Origin: Alphaproteobacteria bacterium
GTDB taxonomy: Bacteria > Pseudomonadota > Alphaproteobacteria > MPNO01 > UBA830
Direction: 5' to 3'
Assembly (NCBI GenBank): GCA_965243135.1
Contig: OZ251539.1
Span: forward strand, 3,200,001 to 3,264,000
Length of the DNA stretch: 64,000 nucleotides
Within the stretch, counting starts at the first letter, position 1, and the number at the start of each line of letters is the position of its first letter. The notes beneath the pieces were generated by a model, which worked only from the letters and a program-made list of their open reading frames with translations, was not told the origin of the DNA and did no database searches. Below are positions 55,551 through 64,000 of this stretch, piece after piece. Position numbers and translations under genes: made by a program.

Positions 55551-55931
55551 TCAACGAGGCTTCGGCGCCCCTGGAGGAGGGTTTTCGCCGTCCGGCGCCG
55601 TCCGGTTTCTCTGCGCGCCGAGTACGGCGAGACTCCACCCGTCGAGCCTTCCCTCGATATTGGCCACCCGTTCGCCAAGTTTGGACACCTCGCCGCGGAG
55701 CGACGCGACATCGGCTCGCAGCGAGGTAAAATCGCGGCGCTGCGCCGCAATGCTTTCGTTCGTCGATATACGCAGGGCCTCAATGCTTTCGTTCGTGGAC
55801 ATCCGCGACGTCTCGAATCTCTCGTTCATGTCCACGCGCAACACTGCGATTTCCTTGCTCGTAGCCATGCGTCCTTCCACGATCAACGCAGCCAGCGCAA
55901 TCCCGACTCCGAGTATGGTCCCCGTCTTCAT
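55551..55931 (-). CDS. Small membrane-anchored coiled-coil protein with 11-aa repeats
   Basis: GGAGG RBS, then MKTGTILGVGIALAALIV followed by heptad/hendecad repeats ending LGERVANIEGRL. Confidence 0.7.
   Translation of the reverse strand: MKTGTILGVGIALAALIVEGRMATSKEIAVLRVDMNERFETSRMSTNESIEALRISTNESIAAQRRDFTSLRADVASLRGEVSKLGERVANIEGRLDGWSLAVLGAQRNRTAPDGENPPPGAPKPR
55748..55846. repeat. Three imperfect 33-bp tandem repeats
   Basis: CAATGCTTTCGTTCGT at 55748 and 55781, and a diverged copy at 55814. Confidence 0.8.
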
Positions 55932-56639
55932 CGTTCCGTTCCTCCGAGGCGCGCCCGGCAGCCTCTCGCCGGAGCCACTCCCTTCTTCCGCCCGACCAGT
56001 TGCAACGGATGGAATAGCGGAAATCGCCCCCGATTGCTTGCGCTTGATAAAGGCGCCCTCCGCCGCCCGCCGATCTTTGCGCCTGGCATCCACGAGGCGC
56101 CGTCCGCCGCTGCCGACGGAATTCGGGAACCTCTCCGACGAGAACGGGCTGGGGATCTCCCTGGCTGTCCGGAAAGGGAACGGCTCTTTGTTTTGTCCGC
56201 CTCCCGGCGATCCCGCCTGCCTGCGGAACGGTTGTTTCGGTCGCTTGCGTTCTCCACGAACTTGTCCGGGCGGGCCACGGAAACGGATACATAGACCATG
56301 CCGACCGCCCGACGGCAGCTGTTCCGGAAGATCGGAGAAACGGTAAAATGAGGACGGTCGGAACGGCGCGAGAGCGGCGGCGCGGGCTGCGAACGCGGTA
56401 AATGGCGCCCGGCCGAAGATCCTTGGACGCGGGCTCAGTCCAGCAGGGCGGAAGAGGCAATCATCGCGCGCTCCAGCGCCCGGACCGGCGACCCCGTCTT
56501 GGCCGTCCGGAACGGGAGACGCGGGAAGGGCGGGCCGCGACGCTGCGGGCCGCCCGAAGAGCGGCGCGACCGTCGAAGTTGACCGCAACGCGTTACTCTG
56601 GAACACATGGCGGCGAGACTACGTGCACGCGGGTTCCGG

Positions 56640-58499
56640 ATGCCTGACGCGGACCTATCGACCGGACCGGAAGTTATCGCGGCGCGACTGCGGTCGCTGC
56701 CGGCGGCGCCGGGCGTCTACCGGATGATCGACGCCAAGGGCGACCCTCTTTACGTCGGCAAGGCGCGCAACCTTCGCAAGCGGGTCTCCGCCTACGCCCG
56801 CCCGCAGAGAATGCCGGAAAGAATCCGGCTGATGGTCGCCCAAACGGCCGACCTCGAAGTCGTCACGACCCATACCGAGGTCGAAGCGCTGCTACTCGAA
56901 AGCAACCTCATCAAGCGCCTGAAACCCCGCTACAACATCATTCTGCGCGACGACAAGTCCTTCCCCTACATTCTGCTCAGAACGGATTCGCCCTGGCCGC
57001 AGCTCGTGAAGCATCGGGGGTCCAAGACCGACGGGGGAGAGTACTACGGGCCCTTCGCCACGGTCGGGGCCGTAAACCGGACGCTCAACGTCCTGCAGAA
57101 GGTCTTCCCGCTGCGCAGCTGTTCGGACGGCGTGTTGGCGCATCGCACGCGTCCCTGCCTGCAGTTTCAGATCAAGCGCTGCGCCGCGCCCTGCGTCGAC
57201 CTCGTCTCGCGGGAAGACTACGCGGAGATCGTCGGGCAGGCTCGCGAATTTCTCGCGGGCCGGACGCGCCATCTTCAGCGGTCGCTCTCGGAACGCATGA
57301 CCAGGGCGAGCGACGAACTGGAATACGAAAACGCCGCCGTCTATCGCGACCGCATTCGCGCCCTGACCCAGATACAGGCTCAGCAGGACATCAATATCGA
57401 GGAGATCGGCGAGGCGGACATCGTCGCCGCCCATCAGGACGGCGGCCATACCTGCGTCCAGGTCTTCTTCTACCGGGCCGGCCAGAACTACGGCAACCGC
57501 ACGTATTTCCCCACCCACGCCAGGTCCGTCGACGTCGACGAAGTGCTCGAAGCCTTCGTCGGCCAGTTCTATTCCGACAAGCAGCCGCCGCGAACGGTTT
57601 TGACGAGCCACGCCCTTCCGAACCAGGAACTCGTTCAGGAAGCGCTGTCCGTCCGCGCCGGCCGCAAGGTGACGCTGGCCGCGCCGCGCCGCGGCAGGCG
57701 GCGCAGCCTGGTGAGCAACGCGTCCGCCAACGCCGCCGACGCGCTCGCGCGCCGTCTCTCGGAAAGCGCGACGCAGCGCAAGCTGCTCGAAAGAATCGCC
57801 GATCTGTTCTCTCTCGACGCGCCGCCGCGGCGGATCGAAGTTTACGACAACAGCCACATTTCGGGCGCCAACGCTCTCGGCGCGATGATCGTCGCCGGCC
57901 CGGAAGGACCCGTCAAGAACGCCTATCGCCGCTTCAACATCAAGAATCCCGAGACGGCTCCGGGCGACGACTACGGGATGATGAAGGAAGTCCTCACCCG
58001 GCGCTTCTCGCGGGCGTTGCGGGACGATCCCAACCGCGAAGGCGGCGTCTGGCCGGACCTGGTGATCGTCGACGGCGGGCACGGCCAGCTGTCGACCGCC
58101 GTCGACGCCCTCGACGAACTCGGGATCCGGGACCTCGCGATCGTCGCCATCGCCAAGGGCCCCGACAGGAACGCGGGACGGGAACGCTTCCATGTTCCCG
58201 GCAAGCAGCCGTTCGTCCTGCCGCGGAACGACCCGGCGCTCTACTTTCTGCAACGGCTGCGCGACGAGGCGCACAGATTCGCCATAGGCGGGCACCGTTC
58301 GCGGCGCCGAAGGGACATCGGCAAATCCGGCATCGACGAAATCCCGGGCGTCGGCGCCAAGCGGAAGCGCGCCCTGTTGCATCATTTCGGAGCCGCGTCG
58401 AGCGTCGCCAAGGCCGGCCTTCACGATCTCGAGGCGGTGGACGGCATCAGCCGAACGGTCGCGAGAAGAATCTATGATCATTTTCATTCGGAAGAATAG
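56640..58499 (+). CDS. uvrC: Excinuclease ABC subunit C
   Basis: PGVYRM...YVGKARNL GIY-YIG, RDDKSFPY, RIEVYDNSH, DGGHGQ, QRLRDEAHRFA and HhH. Confidence 0.98.
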   Translation: MPDADLSTGPEVIAARLRSLPAAPGVYRMIDAKGDPLYVGKARNLRKRVSAYARPQRMPERIRLMVAQTADLEVVTTHTEVEALLLESNLIKRLKPRYNIILRDDKSFPYILLRTDSPWPQLVKHRGSKTDGGEYYGPFATVGAVNRTLNVLQKVFPLRSCSDGVLAHRTRPCLQFQIKRCAAPCVDLVSREDYAEIVGQAREFLAGRTRHLQRSLSERMTRASDELEYENAAVYRDRIRALTQIQAQQDINIEEIGEADIVAAHQDGGHTCVQVFFYRAGQNYGNRTYFPTHARSVDVDEVLEAFVGQFYSDKQPPRTVLTSHALPNQELVQEALSVRAGRKVTLAAPRRGRRRSLVSNASANAADALARRLSESATQRKLLERIADLFSLDAPPRRIEVYDNSHISGANALGAMIVAGPEGPVKNAYRRFNIKNPETAPGDDYGMMKEVLTRRFSRALRDDPNREGGVWPDLVIVDGGHGQLSTAVDALDELGIRDLAIVAIAKGPDRNAGRERFHVPGKQPFVLPRNDPALYFLQRLRDEAHRFAIGGHRSRRRRDIGKSGIDEIPGVGAKRKRALLHHFGAASSVAKAGLHDLEAVDGISRTVARRIYDHFHSEE

Positions 58500-58550
58500 A
58501 ATCGCGCGCGGCGGCGGACGCTTCGCGGCGATGCGCGGCTCGCCCGGAAA

Positions 58551-59132
58551 ATGATTCCGACGCTGCCGAACGCCCTGACGCTTGGCCGCGTCGCCGCCGT
58601 CCCGGTCATCGCGGCGCTCTTCTTTCTGGACACTCCCGTTGGGCAGTGGATCACTCTCGCGATCTTCGCGGTCGCGGCGATCACCGACTTCCTCGACGGC
58701 TACATCGTTCGCCGCTATGATCAGCACACGGAATTCGGCCGGTTTCTCGATCCGATCGCGGACAAGCTGCTGATCGCGACCACCTTGATGATGATGGTCG
58801 CGTTCGGACAGATCGCGGGCCTCGCGATCGTTCCCGCGGTCGTCATCCTGTGCAGGGAAATCCTGGTATCCGGCCTCCGGGAGTATCTGGCGGGCATCGA
58901 CGTCGGCCTGCCGGTGAGCTGGCTGGCAAGATGGAAAACGGCAATTCAGATGATCGCGCTCGGATTCCTCATTATCGGCGACGCGGCGCATCCGCCGGTG
59001 CCCGAGGAACTTCCCGTCCGCCTGATCGGCGAGGCCGGCCTCTGGATCGCCGCCCTGATCACGCTGTTCACCGGCTTCGACTACATGCGCATCGGACTCC
59101 GTCACATGGACGGCCCGACGGACCCCGAATGA
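58551..59132 (+). CDS. pgsA: CDP-diacylglycerol-glycerol-3-phosphate 3-phosphatidyltransferase
   Basis: PNALTLGR, TDFLDGY..R...T.FGRFLDPIADK and REILVSGLRE. Confidence 0.95.
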   Translation: MIPTLPNALTLGRVAAVPVIAALFFLDTPVGQWITLAIFAVAAITDFLDGYIVRRYDQHTEFGRFLDPIADKLLIATTLMMMVAFGQIAGLAIVPAVVILCREILVSGLREYLAGIDVGLPVSWLARWKTAIQMIALGFLIIGDAAHPPVPEELPVRLIGEAGLWIAALITLFTGFDYMRIGLRHMDGPTDPE

Positions 59133-59647
59133 ACCGCCGGGTCATCGGAATCACGGGCTGGAGCGGCAGCGGCAAGACCGCGCTGATCGTCAGGCTGATT
59201 CCCGAGCTTTCCGGCAGGGGACTCCGGGTGGCGACCGTCAAGCACGCCCATCACGACTTCGACCTCGACAAGCCGGGCAAGGATTCGTACCAGCATCGGG
59301 CGGCCGGCGCCGTGGAAGTCGCGGTTTCTTCGGCGCGCCGATGGGCGATCGTCCACGAGAATCGCGAGAACGCCGAGCCGTCGCTCGAAGAGATTCTCGA
59401 AAGGATGTCGCCGGCCGACGTCGTTCTTGTCGAAGGATACAAGAGAGAACCGCATCCCAAGCTCGAAGTGTGGCGCGGCGCGACAGGAAAGCCGCCGCTC
59501 TACAGAAGCGATCCGACCGTAATCGCCGTGGCGACGGACGACCCGGCGGCGCATCCCGACATCGAAGCCCTCGACCTGAACGATACCGCGCTGGTCGCGC
59601 GGTTCATCGTCGAAAGATGCGCGCAACCGGAGCGGGGAGCGGCCTGA
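59129..59647 (+). CDS. mobB: Molybdopterin-guanine dinucleotide biosynthesis protein B
   Basis: GWSGSGKT, KHAHH.FD.D.PGKDS and LVEGYK. Confidence 0.95.
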   Translation: MNRRVIGITGWSGSGKTALIVRLIPELSGRGLRVATVKHAHHDFDLDKPGKDSYQHRAAGAVEVAVSSARRWAIVHENRENAEPSLEEILERMSPADVVLVEGYKREPHPKLEVWRGATGKPPLYRSDPTVIAVATDDPAAHPDIEALDLNDTALVARFIVERCAQPERGAA

Positions 59648-59648
59648 C

Positions 59649-60902
59649 ATGGCGCAATTGTCGGACGACTGCTTCGCCTTCGGCGGCGAATTGATGCCGA
59701 CCGCGGAAGCGCTGCGGCTTCTGGACGAGCGGCTGGACGTCGTGGTCGACGCCGAAGACGTGGAACTGGAGCGGGCCGACGGCCGCGTTCTGGCCGCCGA
59801 CGTCGCTTCGGACAGGGCGGTGCCGCCGCACGACAACGCGGCGGTCGACGGCTACGCGGTCAGATTCGACGATCTTGCGCCGGACGCGGAAACGAGCCTC
59901 CCCGTTTCCGGACGGATCGCGGCGGGCGACGTGCCGGATGCGCCGCTCCGGGCGGGCGAGGCGGTGCGCATCCTCACCGGCGCGCCCATGCCGGACGAGG
60001 CGGATACCGTCCTGATGCAGGAGGATTGCCGCGAGGAGGAGAATCGCGTGATCATCCCGCCCGGCATCAAGCGGGGCGCGAACCGGAGGTTCGCCGGCGA
60101 GGACATAGAAGCGGGCGCCGTCATCCTCGCGTCGGGCGACCGGTTGCGGCCGCAGGATATCGGGCTCGCGGCTTCCATCGGCCGAACCCGGCTTCCGGTA
60201 TACCGGCGCCTGAAAGTCGCCCTTTTCTCGACGGGCAACGAGGTGCGCGACGCCGGAGAGGATCTGCCTCCCGGCTGCATCTACGACGCCAACCGCCACG
60301 CCGTTCGAGCCGCTCTGAAGCGCCTCGGCTGCCGGGTGACCGATCTCGGCATTCTGCCGGACCGGCTCGACGCCATTCGCGAAAGCCTGGCGAAGGCCGC
60401 GTCGGAGCACGATCTGATCATGACTTCGGGCGGCGTTTCGACGGGCGAAAAGGATCATGTCCGAACGGCGGTCGAGGCGACCGGACGGCTTCATTTCTGG
60501 CGCCTCGCCATTCGGCCGGGCCGGCCGATCGCCTTCGGCCAGATGGGCGCCGTTCCTTTCATCGGCCTTCCGGGCAATCCGGTCGCCGTGCTCGTGACGT
60601 TCATGCGTTTCGCGCGTCCGGCGATATTGCGCCTGAGCGGCTGCGCCGACACGGAGCCGCAAGCGTTTCCCGTGCGCGCGGCGTTTCCGATCCGCAAGAA
60701 GGGCGGCAGGCGGGAATGGTTGCGGGTCCGGCTGGAACGGGACGCGGACGGTACGCCGCTTGCGCGCAAGTTTCCGCGCGACGGCGCCGGAATCCTGACC
60801 TCCATGGTGCAAGCCGACGGACTTGTGGAACTTCCGGAAGATTTGACGTATCTGGAACAAGGCAACATGGTCGATTTTCTGCCGTTCAACGAGTTGGAAT
60901 GA
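59649..60902 (+). CDS. moeA: Molybdopterin molybdotransferase
   Basis: NAAVDGYA, ILTGAPMP, STGNE, SGGVSTG..D, RPGRP and LPGNP. Confidence 0.96.
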   Translation: MAQLSDDCFAFGGELMPTAEALRLLDERLDVVVDAEDVELERADGRVLAADVASDRAVPPHDNAAVDGYAVRFDDLAPDAETSLPVSGRIAAGDVPDAPLRAGEAVRILTGAPMPDEADTVLMQEDCREEENRVIIPPGIKRGANRRFAGEDIEAGAVILASGDRLRPQDIGLAASIGRTRLPVYRRLKVALFSTGNEVRDAGEDLPPGCIYDANRHAVRAALKRLGCRVTDLGILPDRLDAIRESLAKAASEHDLIMTSGGVSTGEKDHVRTAVEATGRLHFWRLAIRPGRPIAFGQMGAVPFIGLPGNPVAVLVTFMRFARPAILRLSGCADTEPQAFPVRAAFPIRKKGGRREWLRVRLERDADGTPLARKFPRDGAGILTSMVQADGLVELPEDLTYLEQGNMVDFLPFNELE

Positions 60903-61153
60903 TGCAGATTCTGTATTTCGGCTGGGTCCGGTCCCGCATCGGCATGCCCGGCGAGGAGATTTCGCTGCCGGAGGGGGTCTCCACCGTCGCCGGCCTGATG
61001 GAGTGGCTGAAGGGCCGCGGGGAACGCCATGCGCGCGCGTTCGAGGATGCCGACGCGGTGCGCGCGGCGGTCAACCAAGAAATCGCGCCGCCGGACGCCG
61101 CCGTCGCGGAGGACGACGAGGTGGCGTTTTTCCCGCCGATGACGGGAGGTTGA
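60899..61153 (+). CDS. moaD: Molybdopterin synthase sulfur carrier
   Basis: ILYFGWVR...AVNQ...DEVAFFPPMTGG C-terminal diglycine. Confidence 0.95.
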   Translation: MMQILYFGWVRSRIGMPGEEISLPEGVSTVAGLMEWLKGRGERHARAFEDADAVRAAVNQEIAPPDAAVAEDDEVAFFPPMTGG

Positions 61154-61156
61154 GGC

Positions 61157-61609
61157 TTGATCAGGGTGCAGGAGGAGGACTTCGACGTCGGGGCCGAGTT
61201 CGCCCGGTTGACAGACGGCAGGACGGACGTCGGCGGCGTCGCGAGCTTCGTCGGCATCGTGCGCGACGCCGCGGGCGCGGTGAACGCGATGACCCTCGAG
61301 CACTATCCGGGAATGACGGAACGGGAGCTCGAGAAGATCGAGGCCGAGGCGCGGCGGCGCTGGCCGCTGCAGGACGTCCTCGTCGTTCACCGTTACGGAA
61401 GGCTGGAGCCGGGCGAACGCATCGTGCTCGTTCTCACCGCTTCCGAGCACCGCGGCGCGGCTCTGGAAAGCTGTCAGTTCCTCATCGACTGGCTGAAGAC
61501 GAAAGCGCCGTTCTGGAAGCTCGAGGAGGGAGAGTCCGGCGAAAGTTGGGTCGAAGCCCGACAATCCGACGACGACGCGGCCGAACGGTGGGCCGGCGAC
61601 CGGCCGTGA
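61157..61609 (+). CDS. moaE: Molybdopterin synthase catalytic subunit
   Basis: GGVASFVG.VR, LEHYPGM, HRYGRL and DWLKTKAPFWK.E. Confidence 0.96.
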   Translation: MIRVQEEDFDVGAEFARLTDGRTDVGGVASFVGIVRDAAGAVNAMTLEHYPGMTERELEKIEAEARRRWPLQDVLVVHRYGRLEPGERIVLVLTASEHRGAALESCQFLIDWLKTKAPFWKLEEGESGESWVEARQSDDDAAERWAGDRP

Positions 61610-61949
61610 CCTTCCGCCTATACCCAGCCTCGACGCCGCCCTGGATTTCCGGCACGACAACGCTGAACCACGTCATCGTCAACAAGTTTTCCGGTTCGCT
61701 CGGAGAGGCGTCGAGCGGCTTGGCCAAGAGCGGCCAGCCCGCTCGGTTGGCAGCGATCCACGCGCGCAGGCGGTTCCGGCCGTAACGTTCCGATCGCGCC
61801 GGGCGGCCGATTTTCGAGGATGCATGAGCGAACCCGAGCAAGCAAAATCATGCGTCCATCTACCTCGTAAACGGAGGTAGCCGACGACGGTATGGTCCGC
61901 GCAAAGCTGGCTGTACGCAAAACAGTTCGAGGGTAAGACAGCGGGCAGC

Positions 61950-62748
61950 CTGAACATCGGCAACCTCATCTGGGGCATCGCCGACGACGTGTTGCGGGAC
62001 ATCTACGTGCGCGGCAAATATCGGGACGTCATCTTGCCGATCACCGTGCGCCTCGACGCGGTGCTTGATCCAGCCAAGGATGCCGTGCTTAAGGTGAGAG
62101 ATCGGCTGGAACAAGCGGGCGTCGCCAACCAAGAAGCGGCCCTTTGCCAAGCCGCCAACGAGGCGTTCTACCGCCCTTCCGGCTTCGGAACCTCGCCTTC
62201 CGTGCACACCGTCAGACCCTCAAGGCGGACTTCGAGGATTGCCTGGACGACTTTTCGCCCAACGTCCAGGAGGTCCTGGAGAAATTCCGGTTCCGCAACC
62301 CCGACGCTGCTGGAAGCCGAGGCGCTTGGTTTGGAGCAATTTAACGCCGCAGACTGCTCAAGGAACCGCTCGGGATCGGAAACCCCGAAGCAAAACCCGT
62401 GGAAGGTTTCACGGAAAGAGGGTAAGCGCAGTGCGCTCCACGGCCGTTACTGCGTGGAGACTGGCGGCAAGGGCCGTCACCGCGGAATACGAGGCGGACA
62501 AGGAACTGCGCGAACAGGTGCCGTTGCTGGAAGACGGAGGCATCGAGGCATTCTTCCGGCGCGAGGCGCCGCCCTATGCACCCGACGCCTGGATCGACGA
62601 TTCGAAGACCGCCATCGGCTACGAGATTTCGTTCGCCCGGCGCTTCTACAGGCCGATGCGAACCCTCAAGGAGATCGAAACCGACATCCGGGAGATGGAG
62701 AAGGAAACCGAGGGATTTCTTGACGATTTGCCGGCGGGAAGCGATTGA
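61950..62748 (+). pseudogene. hsdM: Type I R-M HsdM remnant with internal deletion and frameshifts
   Basis: N-terminal LIWGIADDVLRDIYVRGKYRDVILP..RLDAVL and FSPNVQEVLEKFRFRN. C-terminal EQVPLLEDGGIEAFFRRE..PYAPDAW...IGYEISF.R.FY. The catalytic middle (DPxxGxG, NPPY) is absent. Confidence 0.82.
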
Positions 62749-62796
62749 CGGGCCTTGGCAGCGACTCGGTCGCATGGCGTTCGCTGTCCGTCAATG

Positions 62797-62813
62797 TTAT
62801 CGGCAAACGATAA
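62797..62813. promoter_or_regulatory. Inverted repeat upstream of fic (possible operator)
   Basis: TTATCG-N5-CGATAA in an AT-rich spacer. Confidence 0.3.
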
Positions 62814-62967
62814 TATGCACAGCATCGCGCCCTATAGTATCGTCAGCAGATAACACTGACAGGATTATGCTCTATAGTGCTGCCAACTCATAACATGGAA
62901 AGCGGGGCGATCCATATTATCGTCAGAATGCAATATGGAAGCAATCACTTCTCGGCGGGAGCAAGCC

Positions 62968-64000
62968 ATGGCGGAAGCAAGCGGAACTGACGACCGAGGC
63001 AGAGCCGGCAGTTACGTCCTGCAGCCCGCCGGGTACCGGGCATTCGTACCCGCTCCGTTGCCGCCGCGGCCACCGATTCGCATGATGGGAACCATACAGG
63101 CCATGTTGTCGGCAGCCGATCGCGCCCTGGGCAGGCTGGACGGCGCCATCCACACGTTGCCCGAAGCGGACCTCTTCGTGCTCATGTACATACGCAAGGA
63201 GGCCGTGCTCTCCAGCCAGATCGAAGGCACTCAAAGCTCTCTGCAGGACGTGCTCGCCGCCGAGGCGCGTCTGTTGTCGCCCGGCGGCGCCGGGGACACG
63301 GGCGAAGTGATTAACCATATTGCGGCCATGAACCACGGACTCGAGCGGTTGTCCGACCTTCCTCTGTCCGTTCGCCTTATCCGCGAGATGCACGAAAGGC
63401 TGCTGCGCGGCGTGCGCGGCGGCCGTTCGACGCCGGGCGAACTGCGCCGATCGCAGAACTGGATCGGTCCGGCCGGTTGCACCCCTCGCGATGCGGTCTT
63501 CGTTCCTCCTCCGTTCGAGGAGGTTCCGCGCGCATTGGGCGATCTGGAGACCTTTCTCCACCAGGACGACGATCTGCCCCCACTCGTTCGGATCGGGTTG
63601 GCCCATGCCCAATTCGAGACGGTTCACCCCTTCCTCGACGGCAACGGCCGGGTGGGGCGGTTGTTGATTGCGTTTTTTCTCTGCGAAAGGAGAATTCTCG
63701 CGAAACCGGTCCTCTACATCTCGCATTTCTTCAAACGACATCGGGCCGAGTATTACGAGCGTCTCCAGGCGGTGCGCGACGCTGGCGATTGGGAAGGCTG
63801 GCTGGCGTTTTTCCTGCGCGGCGTGGCGGAGGTCGGCGACGAAGCCGTCGCGACGGCCCGGCGCATCCTCGACCTGCGAGAGACGCATCGCGCCGCCGTC
63901 ACCGCTCACCTCGGTCGGGCCGCCGGCAACGGCCACCGGGTGCTTGAAGCGCTATACAGGAAACCCGCGATAACGGTTTCCGACGTTCGGGAAATCGCCA
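62968..64000 (+). CDS. Fic-family protein (partial, runs off window end)
   Basis: YRAFVPAPLPP, ADRALGRLDG, KEAVLSSQIEGT, RRSQNWIG and the catalytic HPFLDGNGRVGR (His codon at 63625, in frame with ATG 62968). Missing from the ORF track because there is no stop in the window. Confidence 0.93.
   Translation, partial: MAEASGTDDRGRAGSYVLQPAGYRAFVPAPLPPRPPIRMMGTIQAMLSAADRALGRLDGAIHTLPEADLFVLMYIRKEAVLSSQIEGTQSSLQDVLAAEARLLSPGGAGDTGEVINHIAAMNHGLERLSDLPLSVRLIREMHERLLRGVRGGRSTPGELRRSQNWIGPAGCTPRDAVFVPPPFEEVPRALGDLETFLHQDDDLPPLVRIGLAHAQFETVHPFLDGNGRVGRLLIAFFLCERRILAKPVLYISHFFKRHRAEYYERLQAVRDAGDWEGWLAFFLRGVAEVGDEAVATARRILDLRETHRAAVTAHLGRAAGNGHRVLEALYRKPAITVSDVREIA

Noticed and set aside
62923-63936. 337-aa minus-strand ORF
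   Set aside because: It is the antisense shadow of the plus-strand Fic gene.

Overview
High-GC window whose core gene order (yqeY-dnaG-rpoD, carA-carB-greA-trxB, uvrB, uvrC-pgsA-mobB-moeA-moaD-moaE) points to an alphaproteobacterium, probably Rhodospirillales-like (inference). The left 28 kb is mostly accessory. Decaying HipBA and HicAB toxin-antitoxin loci lie 3' of a tRNA with a CAT anticodon, followed by a UbiD-family gene and a ~23.5-kb defence/restriction-modification island (about 4300-27900). The island holds: (i) two divergent copies of a MORC/GHKL-ATPase-histidine kinase fusion plus receiver-domain partner, one next to a C5 methyltransferase and one with a broken receiver gene; (ii) a six-gene co-oriented cluster Dcm(HTH)-Vsr-EcoRII-like REase-UvrD-DrmA-DrmB, DISARM-like but without DrmC; (iii) a decayed IS1-like element carrying an amino-methyltransferase-HNH fusion whose 5' end crosses a perfect (CCAGCCCG)7 tract, a candidate phase-variation switch. 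A second, AT-richer islet (ABC-type ATPase plus unknown protein) sits between msrP and an EF-G paralogue. An hsdM remnant and a Fic gene start another accessory region at the right edge. No CRISPR array, rRNA or integrase was seen. All calls come from motif recognition by eye; no searches were run.
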